This document shows, piece after piece, positions 1-7,530 of a stretch of DNA of 64,000 nucleotides (within the stretch, counting starts at the first letter, position 1; the number at the start of each line of letters is the position of its first letter). Made by a program: the position numbers and the translations under genes. The DNA is from a virus, in the IMG/VR virus record IMGVR_UViG_3300034121_001409, positions 1-64,000 of that record; one strand, written 5' to 3'. A model generated the notes under the pieces. It made no database searches, had not been told where the DNA came from, and saw only the letters and a program-made list of their open reading frames with translations.

Positions 1-93
1 CAGTTTTTTAGGTTCGTGAATCATATCTTCTCTTTTACCTAATCTCCATTCCTGATGGTATTCAAGTATTTCTATTGCTGTTTGTAATTCCAT
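1..93 (-). CDS. Hypothetical phage protein, runs off the window edge
   Basis: ATG at 93 after an A-rich leader; open frame MELQTAIEILEYHQEWRLG... continues to position 1. Confidence 0.6.
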   Translation of the reverse strand, partial: MELQTAIEILEYHQEWRLGKREDMIHEPKKL

Positions 94-128
94 TTTCGTT
101 TATTTAATTGGTTAAAAAACGACCGCCT

Positions 129-145
129 ATCTGCAAACCGTTATG
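129..145 (-). repeat. 17-bp gene-end repeat, copy 1 (CATAACGGTTTGCAGAT)
   Basis: 16/17 identical to 911-927; contains the TAA stop of the upstream gene. Confidence 0.75.
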
Positions 146-335
146 CGAAATGTAAAACAGAACCACCGCTTGATATAGCTAAACTATTAGCAGTTGAATA
201 CTCCATTTTCCTCGCTTCATTTTTATCAAAAGTCCAATTAAACTTATATCCTTTTAATGTGCTATATCCATGTCCTTTCATAAACTTTTTATTTTTTTTA
301 ACCAAATACACTTCTAAAAAAATAAATTTTTCCAT
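141..335 (-). CDS. Small hypothetical protein
   Basis: Part of ORF 141..380; the ATG at 335 (MEKFIF...) lies just after the stop of the upstream gene. Confidence 0.55.
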   Translation of the reverse strand: MEKFIFLEVYLVKKNKKFMKGHGYSTLKGYKFNWTFDKNEARKMEYSTANSLAISSGGSVLHFA

Positions 336-336
336 A

Positions 337-714
337 TCATTTCTTTTTATAATTTTCAAACCATTTCTCAGTAAAATCACACATCATATCATTTCTTGTA
401 TATTCACCATATACTTTATTCCCAAACTTATTCAATAATCTTATAACTTCATCCTCATTATAACTATCTTTAGCATTATTCCAATTATCTTTAGTCTTTT
501 TATTTATAGCATCTGCAATGTAACTGCCTAATTCATCTTGAAATTTTTGTGCTTCACTTTGTTCTTCAAACATATTTTGAATAGCACCCCATCCACGTAC
601 TTCTGCAACAAGATTTAATGTATTATCAGGTTGTTTGCCAAATATAAAACCACTTCCTTCATCAAATTCAGCAGTACCAATATATTTTTCTATTTCTGTT
701 TTATACTTTTCCAT
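337..714 (-). CDS. Hypothetical phage protein
   Basis: Likely start at ATG 714 (MEKYKTE...), just after the stop of 716..895; C-terminal YNEDEV...WFENYKKK motif. Confidence 0.7.
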   Translation of the reverse strand: MEKYKTEIEKYIGTAEFDEGSGFIFGKQPDNTLNLVAEVRGWGAIQNMFEEQSEAQKFQDELGSYIADAINKKTKDNWNNAKDSYNEDEVIRLLNKFGNKVYGEYTRNDMMCDFTEKWFENYKKK

Positions 715-715
715 A

Positions 716-895
716 TTATTTTGTTTTAGTTTGTTCTCTATATCTAATACCAAATGCTCCATCTTCATCAACATAATCAAACTGATTTCTTTCAATTGCT
801 TTTGCTTGTTCAAAAATATCGAGTAAATCATTTCCAATAAAGTATTGATTTTTACTCATATAATCTAAGATAAATTCTACTGCTGTTTGTTTCAT
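716..895 (-). CDS. MKQTAVE-type small phage protein (59 aa, not in the ORF track)
   Basis: Hand translation MKQTAVEFILDY...EQAKAIE...; fills the gap between its neighbours. Confidence 0.7.
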   Translation of the reverse strand: MKQTAVEFILDYMSKNQYFIGNDLLDIFEQAKAIERNQFDYVDEDGAFGIRYREQTKTK

Positions 896-910
896 ATTAT
901 TTCTTTTTAA

Positions 911-927
911 ATCTGCAAATCGTTATG
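911..927 (-). repeat. 17-bp gene-end repeat, copy 2 (CATAACGATTTGCAGAT)
   Basis: 16/17 identical to 129-145; contains the TAA stop of the ParB-like gene. Confidence 0.75.
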
Positions 928-1777
928 ATTCATACAACACTTTAATATCTTTCTTCAACTCAGTCAATTCTTTTTTGTCATGCTGTGCATATCCTGACCA
1001 AGCTAATATCACCTTCTCAATCTCATCATAAGTAACCGGATTCTCAAACAGGTCTCTTGCTTTTTTTCTTGCAACAGCGATGTCAATATCTTTATTCTTA
1101 ACCTTCTTTCCTGATGCTTTCGATTTATCAATCACATCTTTTATTTCTTTAGATGACATCTTCTTTTTCTGTGCTTTCAATACAGAAGTCATGGTGATAT
1201 CGCCATCTAATATAGCCTGTTGGATATCCTTGTCAGTTCCTGCAATCTGAAGGTGGTCATTTACATAGAAAATACTTTTTCCGATTCGGTTTTTTATTTC
1301 TTCAGGTGTCCATCCCAACAAAACAAGACGCTTGAAAACTAAAGCCACTTCTATTGGCTGTAATTTCTTATTATCATTCGATGTGAAAATAGAAAAAATA
1401 CGGTCTTCTTCTTTTGTCTTGGCATTGTTAATAAAGAACTCTACATCTTTAACAGGATATCCATTGTTTTTCAGCCATTGGAACGCCAAATAACGTCTTT
1501 CTCCGTCTACGAGGTATACATAGCCATCCTTGTCCATATCGCCTAATAATGGCGTATTCTGACCGTTATTTAAAATAGACAACGCTAAGGATTCTATATC
1601 TCCATAGTCTAATCGGACATTAAAGTTTGGTCTTACCTGAATGTTCTCTAATGGAATCTTGTACGTCTGACGGTACGATATTGCGTTATCTCTTACTACG
1701 GCTCTGTTCGCCATACTCTCCGGTAGTGGCTCTGCTCCATTAATAATAGCCTTTGCTTTCTTGATTACTGATGACAT
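923..1777 (-). CDS. ParB/Srx-family protein
   Basis: NVR..YGDIESLALSI...G...P and LVDGERRYLA ParB box, followed by an HTH-like segment (WTPEEIKNRIGKS). Confidence 0.85.
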   Translation of the reverse strand: MSSVIKKAKAIINGAEPLPESMANRAVVRDNAISYRQTYKIPLENIQVRPNFNVRLDYGDIESLALSILNNGQNTPLLGDMDKDGYVYLVDGERRYLAFQWLKNNGYPVKDVEFFINNAKTKEEDRIFSIFTSNDNKKLQPIEVALVFKRLVLLGWTPEEIKNRIGKSIFYVNDHLQIAGTDKDIQQAILDGDITMTSVLKAQKKKMSSKEIKDVIDKSKASGKKVKNKDIDIAVARKKARDLFENPVTYDEIEKVILAWSGYAQHDKKELTELKKDIKVLYES

Positions 1778-1784
1778 GATTTTT

Positions 1785-2582
1785 TTATTTAATTGATGAT
1801 TGAATGATTTTTAAGTTCGCTGCATAGGTGTAATAATTCACGTACACATATCTGATATTTGATTGCAGTTCCACTATCTTGCGTGAAGGAATACTCTTTA
1901 TTATTTTCCCTAAATTCTTAACTTCTTTACTATCTACTAATACACCATAAGATTCGAAATCTATATTGTGAGGAATAATAAACTCATCTGAGACATACAC
2001 CGGAATCGCACCATATTGCAGACACTCCGCTATTCTAAACGATGTGATTCCATATCCTCTTGGACACAATCCAAATACTGAACGATGTAATAATTTACAG
2101 TATTCCTGTAATTTAAAACTACGTGCTGTCAGTATCCAATTTCTCTCCTTCAGTTTAAATATCTCTCTTCTTATTTCATGAGTAGGATTGCCAATAAATG
2201 AGCATGGTATATTTTTCCTATCCCTGAACTCAAAACTATGCCTTTGGCTTATCAACGGAAGTGGATAACCTATTTTCTTACCCATCCCGAAAACCTGACA
2301 ATCCAAATGAGAGATGTCACTCAGGATTCCATCATCATACTGACATACTGTAAAGAACTTTCCTTTCAAGGTGTTCAGGTAATCCTGCAACTGCTGCATC
2401 ATTACTTTGTTTCTGCCATAGTCTGCTTTCCGGTAATACGATGTCCATGTTACAGGCAGAAGTTTTCTGTCAGAAACACCGTTGTAATTCTCCTGAACGT
2501 AGTTCTCAAAATCCACTACATTGTCTGAGGGATACGGTCTACTGTCACGCATCACAAAATTTTGTCTTATAATTTTATCCAT
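1785..2582 (-). CDS. Exostosin-like glycosyltransferase (GT47)
   Basis: SVFGLCPRGYGITSFRIAECLQYGAIPVYVSD signature. Confidence 0.85.
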   Translation of the reverse strand: MDKIIRQNFVMRDSRPYPSDNVVDFENYVQENYNGVSDRKLLPVTWTSYYRKADYGRNKVMMQQLQDYLNTLKGKFFTVCQYDDGILSDISHLDCQVFGMGKKIGYPLPLISQRHSFEFRDRKNIPCSFIGNPTHEIRREIFKLKERNWILTARSFKLQEYCKLLHRSVFGLCPRGYGITSFRIAECLQYGAIPVYVSDEFIIPHNIDFESYGVLVDSKEVKNLGKIIKSIPSRKIVELQSNIRYVYVNYYTYAANLKIIQSSIK

Positions 2583-3289
2583 CTTTGAGGTATTATATCA
2601 TGCTCTTCTAAATGCTTATTTGTTTTCCCAAACCACTCCTTTGGTGCTATAACCTCTCCGTCTGCTATCCATGCAGCCCACCAACTATAGGTGCTGTTTG
2701 ATATGATATGAGCCTTGCATCCTGCCATCATGTAGAAATCTTCCATAGTAGTTCCATTCATGAAGTGGAATGTGCATCCGTCTTTTTTTATATTATTCTG
2801 ATTCCACTCAGGGTCATCACCGAACACTACAAAATTTCTTTCTCCTTTCTTGTAAAAATAATCCATACCTCTGTTAAAATAATCTACACCAAGTTGAATG
2901 TACTTATCCGGCATAAGAAGATAATCTCCTCTCCTCACATGGATAGCAACAGCGTTTGTTTTAATAGGCTTTATTCCTATAAGGTCTAATATCTCTGTCC
3001 TGTATTTTTTAAAATACTCCTCACACTGAAAATACCCATACAGTTCATTGTTGTGATATCTCTTGGGAGCCGGTAACTGTTGAAAGGAATGCTTCTTCTC
3101 CTGTATAATATTTCTCTTGAATTTAGGATTAAAATTCTTATCCATAAGATGATAAAAATAATCTCCTGCCGGTATATGAAACGGCTCTGTGTATCTTAGA
3201 GCATAAGCAATCGCTGTGGCAATCTGAAACAAGTGGTTCCCTAATCTGCCTTGTAATTTTACTGTTACCATTTTAATTTTATTTATCAC
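2567..3289 (-). CDS. Alpha-1,2-fucosyltransferase-like glycosyltransferase (GT11)
   Basis: GRLGNHLFQ, AIHVRRGDY and ISNSTYSWWAAW motifs. Confidence 0.92.
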   Translation of the reverse strand: MINKIKMVTVKLQGRLGNHLFQIATAIAYALRYTEPFHIPAGDYFYHLMDKNFNPKFKRNIIQEKKHSFQQLPAPKRYHNNELYGYFQCEEYFKKYRTEILDLIGIKPIKTNAVAIHVRRGDYLLMPDKYIQLGVDYFNRGMDYFYKKGERNFVVFGDDPEWNQNNIKKDGCTFHFMNGTTMEDFYMMAGCKAHIISNSTYSWWAAWIADGEVIAPKEWFGKTNKHLEEHDIIPQRWIKL

Positions 3290-3621
3290 TAATTAAGAAG
3301 CAGTGTCATCCAAGCCTCTTCTTCATTTTTATCTTCTTCTTCTCGAATAAACCCAAAAGTAGAATACCAATCCATGTGCCATGTTTTTGTACAAAATATC
3401 CTCACTTGCTCTGCGCCTAATTTCTTTGATTGATTAATGGCTTCTATTATCAACAACTTAGCAACACCTGTTCCTCTGTATTTATCATCAACATATAAAT
3501 CTGAGAACATAACTGTTTTAGGGTCTGAGTGATACCATGCTACCATTATTAACCCACTCCCTGAACTGTTAAATATATACAGTTTTGTAAAACCATCCCA
3601 TGTTGCCAAATGCGTAATCAT
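3289..3621 (-). CDS. GNAT-family acetyltransferase
   Basis: LYVDDKYRGTGVAKLL acetyl-CoA motif A; WYSTFGF motif B. Confidence 0.85.
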   Translation of the reverse strand: MITHLATWDGFTKLYIFNSSGSGLIMVAWYHSDPKTVMFSDLYVDDKYRGTGVAKLLIIEAINQSKKLGAEQVRIFCTKTWHMDWYSTFGFIREEEDKNEEEAWMTLLLN

Positions 3622-3622
3622 G

Positions 3623-4321
3623 CTATCTGTATGCCTTTATAATCTCTCTTAATTCTGCTGCCTTCTTCATATTGTAATCCATATCCTTCATAAATCCACT
3701 ACCCTTATGCACCCTGTGATAATACTCCATCTCCGGCACAATAAAAAATATCCCTCCGGCTTCCATATGTTGAATTGAATGCCAAACAACATCTGCTCCT
3801 TTCATATCCTCATTGCGCTTGAATGTCTTTAAAAAGAAATCTCTATTTACAACATAATTTGCTGTATTCATACAGATGTTAAACATCCCATCGGTGATAT
3901 TCTGAGCCACCTGTTGTTTATGATAATACAATCCGGCAAACTTCCTGAAATCAAACTGAGGATTCGCAGCCTGTGGCATATAGATACAGTTGTCTTGAAA
4001 CTTCGGTACGTGCTTAAATAATGCGTCTATATAATCACTCTTGATGATATTGTCTGAGTCAAATAAAATCACCCATTCATTCTTCGCTCTACCAACAGCA
4101 TTTCCCTTAATACGCTGCTGACCTATATTAACAGGGTTTAAGTATATATTAACCTTGCTGTAGTTTTTGAATTTATCTTCTATCCAATTCCTTGTGAAAT
4201 AATCACTATGGTCATCCACTATAACAATCTCATCTATGCGGTCATCATTCAATACATTTCTGAATGACTCATGCAGAAGAGCTGTGCGGTTATAATTTGT
4301 TATTACTAATGACAGTTTCAT
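3623..4321 (-). CDS. Glycosyltransferase family 2
   Basis: SLVITNYNR, IVIVDDHS and ILFDSD (DxD) motifs. Confidence 0.88.
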   Translation of the reverse strand: MKLSLVITNYNRTALLHESFRNVLNDDRIDEIVIVDDHSDYFTRNWIEDKFKNYSKVNIYLNPVNIGQQRIKGNAVGRAKNEWVILFDSDNIIKSDYIDALFKHVPKFQDNCIYMPQAANPQFDFRKFAGLYYHKQQVAQNITDGMFNICMNTANYVVNRDFFLKTFKRNEDMKGADVVWHSIQHMEAGGIFFIVPEMEYYHRVHKGSGFMKDMDYNMKKAAELREIIKAYR

Positions 4322-4608
4322 TGCTCAGTTGATTTAATGTACTCTTCTGCCACCTGTCCTCTTAGATACTCTCCGGTGTCTGCAATCACATAAGGCTCAT
4401 GGATTCCTTCGATAATACTCTCCGGCACAGGGTAGTTAAAGCCACTCCCTTCTATCCTGTAATGGATAGTGATATCCGGCTGCTCATCTGACTCTGTGTG
4501 CTGTTCGGCAAATGTTCTGCCGACTATCTTACCTGTGAAGTATTTCTTCTTATACTTGAAAATTACGATATCTCCTAACTGATACTTTGTTGTTACTTCT
4601 TTTCCCAT
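4318..4608 (-). CDS. Small SH3/KOW-like hypothetical protein
   Basis: TKYQLGDIV...GKI...Y pattern; similar N-terminus to 8531..8734. Confidence 0.6.
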   Translation of the reverse strand: MGKEVTTKYQLGDIVIFKYKKKYFTGKIVGRTFAEQHTESDEQPDITIHYRIEGSGFNYPVPESIIEGIHEPYVIADTGEYLRGQVAEEYIKSTEQ

Positions 4609-4610
4609 GA

Positions 4611-5741
4611 TTAATCTTGTTTTTGTTTTGCTAAATACAATTCGTAAGCCTTGTTGATAACATAAGGCAGCATGGTCTCTGTATCACCACGATACATAAG
4701 GTCTTGGTATTTCTTAATAACCTTACCACCATTACCAAATGCCTCCTTCAGAAGAGATTCACTGAAGCCTCTCTCAGATAACAACCCTTCCATCTCCTTC
4801 ACTTCATTTAAGGCTCGGATACCGGAATCAGGCAACTTGTAGCCCTCGTTCAATAATTCTATCAACTCCTCTGCGGCTCCATCAACTATTTCATCAGCCA
4901 CAACAACAGCATCCTGAATGTCCTTCTTCTTGTTCACATCCTTCATCTTATTTTCAGTTGCAGTAGTGGATGTCATCGGCTTAGTTTTAATTTCATTACC
5001 ATCATCCATAAATGTTGTATCCGTCTGAGCATTCGCATTATCATGCAGAGACATAACTGTTCCGATATCGTCATAGTTATCATTCTTAGGCATCATCTTC
5101 CACAGGTAACGGATAGCCGTCTTCTTAATCATCTCACCCCTGTTGTCTCCTTCCCATATAGTTGATGACCACTCTCCGGCATCCTTCTTCTTCTTGGCAA
5201 ATTTGTACGCTTCTGTGCCATTCATAATCTGATTCACACGCTCAATCGGAAGGTAAACATACTGATAGTAATCATCACCCCTTGCGGCTGCGGCAAACAC
5301 CCCTATCTCCTCTCCTTTGTCTTTTTTCAACACATGGTAAGGCACATATTTTGCTACCTTATTTCGGGCAAAATCAAACTCAAAATCATCACCTTCGTAA
5401 ATGACCTGAGCAAACGCTTCTTTCGCTGCTCCGTACTCCACCAATTTAGTTATCATTCCCTGATATCCTAAATCTAAACAACATTTATCCTTTCTTGGTA
5501 TCAGATAAGCCTGAGCCAAATTCGGATTCAATGTAAGCCCCAACAGAGCCACATTTTGAATGGATTCTTTTACAGAGTCAACTGTACACTTCTGTAGGTA
5601 TGGACTCTTCTTTATGGCATCTAATGCAAACATACACTGCGTTGCCATGTTTAATTTAAAAGAAGTAGACTGTTGTAGCTCCTTCTGAAACTCAGGACTC
5701 TTTAATGTTCCCTCTAACGTAATTAATTCACTTGATGTCAT
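4611..5741 (-). CDS. recT: RecT-family ssDNA annealing recombinase
   Basis: LQKCT..S, LGLTLNP..AYLIP, LGYQGMI, VIYEGDDF and EMIKKTAIR motifs. Confidence 0.9.
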   Translation of the reverse strand: MTSSELITLEGTLKSPEFQKELQQSTSFKLNMATQCMFALDAIKKSPYLQKCTVDSVKESIQNVALLGLTLNPNLAQAYLIPRKDKCCLDLGYQGMITKLVEYGAAKEAFAQVIYEGDDFEFDFARNKVAKYVPYHVLKKDKGEEIGVFAAAARGDDYYQYVYLPIERVNQIMNGTEAYKFAKKKKDAGEWSSTIWEGDNRGEMIKKTAIRYLWKMMPKNDNYDDIGTVMSLHDNANAQTDTTFMDDGNEIKTKPMTSTTATENKMKDVNKKKDIQDAVVVADEIVDGAAEELIELLNEGYKLPDSGIRALNEVKEMEGLLSERGFSESLLKEAFGNGGKVIKKYQDLMYRGDTETMLPYVINKAYELYLAKQKQD

Positions 5742-5766
5742 GTTATTGTTTTTATTGATTATAAAT

Positions 5767-6000
5767 CTACTCTTGCTCTAAAACTATAGTTATTATATGC
5801 GTTGTTACGGCAAGTGTCAATACCTTTACAGGCTCAAATCTATCCGGTATATCTTCGCTTATATCATGGTCAATGTATTTTATAATATATTCCTTCTTTC
5901 CAAAGGTTACTATATCTCCTTTTCTTGGAATAATATTAAGGCTGAACTCTTTAAAGGTTCCATCAGGCAATTTAAAATTTACCGTAGTTTTAATTTCCAT
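5767..6000 (-). CDS. Small hypothetical protein
   Basis: IPRKGDIV motif; start overlaps the upstream stop (TAATG). Confidence 0.6.
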   Translation of the reverse strand: MEIKTTVNFKLPDGTFKEFSLNIIPRKGDIVTFGKKEYIIKYIDHDISEDIPDRFEPVKVLTLAVTTHIITIVLEQE

Positions 6001-6587
6001 TATAATTCACTTTGATTTATTACTGTACTTGTTTGGGTTTTTCTGAAGTCTGACCGGAGCCATCTGTTCGCTGTAGCCTTCCAATCCTTTATATGAACAG
6101 AACCTCTCTTCCATCCTCTCTCCTGCCAATAGTCGTAGAACTCATTAGCCTCTTTTGCAATAACAGGAGTAGCGTACTCTGACTTAGTTATCATATAAGC
6201 CAATACCTCATCTACAGAGCTTGGTTTACCTTTACCGCTTAATACCGGAGCAGATGTCTTCTTTGATACAGCAGAAGGCTTCTTCTTGATGTGTGGCATA
6301 ACAATATAACTCTTATCCTTTATTTTGTTTATAACAATATAGCCGGATAACAGAGCATCTGATATTATATGCCTTGCCACTTTATCAAATAAATAATTGT
6401 CTGAATTTATATCCATATCACCGAAGTCACCAAATAAAATATCCTTACTGAAGTTGTAAATGATATCTCTCGATGTTTCCATCCTGAGACTTTTTGATGC
6501 AATGATTCGCATCTCTATTGACTGAATAATATACAACCCTAAGCAGCCGTATTTCTCTTTAATTACCTTTAACTTATCTTTCGCCAT
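6000..6587 (-). CDS. Phage replication-initiator-like protein
   Basis: C-terminal PSSVDEV..Y...FYDYWQERGW...IKDWKATANRW domain typical of phage replication organisers; likely start at Met 6587, downstream of the hairpin; ends in NQSEL. Confidence 0.65.
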   Translation of the reverse strand: MAKDKLKVIKEKYGCLGLYIIQSIEMRIIASKSLRMETSRDIIYNFSKDILFGDFGDMDINSDNYLFDKVARHIISDALLSGYIVINKIKDKSYIVMPHIKKKPSAVSKKTSAPVLSGKGKPSSVDEVLAYMITKSEYATPVIAKEANEFYDYWQERGWKRGSVHIKDWKATANRWLRSDFRKTQTSTVINQSEL

Positions 6588-6605
6588 TGTATAAAATTTC
6601 TTCTT

Positions 6606-6671
6606 AAAAAAGCCACGCAGAAGCGATAACACAAACATGAATAAAGGTTATCACCTCTGCTTGATGTGGCT
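6606..6671 (-). terminator. Long imperfect hairpin plus U-tract downstream of the tRNA
   Basis: agccac-gcaga-gataac pairs with gttatc-tctgc-gtggct; followed by T6 on the minus strand. Confidence 0.65.
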
Positions 6672-6685
6672 ACATAAAAACCCTG

Positions 6686-6758
6686 TAGCGGATACAGGAC
6701 TCGAACCTGTGACCTTTGGATTATGAGTCCAACGAGCTACCAACTGCTCCAATCCGCA
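6686..6758 (-). tRNA. tRNA-Met(CAU), initiator (fMet)-type; CCA not encoded
   Basis: 73-nt cloverleaf: acceptor GCGGAT/ATCCGC with a U1:U72 mismatch, D-stem GAGC/GCTC (A11-U24), anticodon arm TTGGA-CTCATAA-TCCAA, T-arm ACAGG-TTCGAGT-CCTGT. Confidence 0.95.
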
Positions 6759-6761
6759 ATG

Positions 6762-7169
6762 TTACTTATAAAGCAAACCCTTGTTGGAGTGATTCACTGC
6801 TTTTTTATATGGCTTGGTCTTGGCTTCCTTCTTCTTACGCTTCGCCTCTGCTACCTTCTCCTTACCTTCCTTTATTTCCAAAAAGGATAACCTTTCTTTT
6901 TTGTAAAGTTCATACTTTTTATTCTTAATAACAACAACTTTTTTCACAGAACCAAGACCATCCAATTTTGTATAATCCATCTTAGACTTTCCGGTTTCTG
7001 ATACACGCTGATAAATGTTTGCCACTTGTGTAGCGTGTTTCATCTTTAACTCTTCTGCCACCTGTGCTATAGTAGCCAACTCAACAGTCTCAATAGTACC
7101 ATCTTCGTTTTCTACCTCTCCAAACATTCTTTTTAATGATAAATACATCGTTTTAATTTGATGGTACAA
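6762..7169 (-). CDS. Hypothetical basic protein, possible HTH
   Basis: TIAQVAEELKM HTH-like segment and Lys-rich tail; start uncertain. Confidence 0.6.
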   Translation of the reverse strand: MYHQIKTMYLSLKRMFGEVENEDGTIETVELATIAQVAEELKMKHATQVANIYQRVSETGKSKMDYTKLDGLGSVKKVVVIKNKKYELYKKERLSFLEIKEGKEKVAEAKRKKKEAKTKPYKKAVNHSNKGLLYK

Positions 7170-7428
7170 ATATCTAATTTTAATACTTAACTTAAGTGTT
7201 AAACTTTGTTAAGTAATAAAATAAATAAAAAATCTGTTATAAGTGGGAAAGAAAACCACAAACATTCTTTTTAAAACTAAACATACTCACGCTATCGCAG
7301 CGTTAGATTGTTGACTATTTTCTACACAAATAGACATATTGTTGTTTTTATGCGTCATAATCGGTATTTTTCCGACTTAATGAACGGTTTTATACATCAT
7401 TTTGGATTCAATTCCAAAAATATTATAC

Positions 7429-7530
7429 TCATTTCGGTCTATACAACACCAAAAGAAACAACAAGAACGCAATACACACATACGCAATCGCTTCTAATAT
7501 CCGTACTATCGTTTTAATAGATTTTTCCAT
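7429..7530 (-). CDS. 33-aa single-pass membrane peptide (not in the ORF track)
   Basis: MEKSIKTIVRILEAIAYVCIAFLLFLLVLYRPK; start overlaps the end of 7514..8521. Confidence 0.45.
   Translation of the reverse strand: MEKSIKTIVRILEAIAYVCIAFLLFLLVLYRPK

Noticed and set aside
6000-6638. Identical 212-aa length of the two NQSEL-ending ORFs in the ORF track
   Set aside because: Coincidental: the left gene more likely starts at Met 6587, since the annotated start lies inside the terminator hairpin
6686-6758. tRNA as an attP/attL integration site
   Set aside because: It is a complete gene embedded among phage genes 48 kb from the recombinase, with no duplicated 3' fragment noticed
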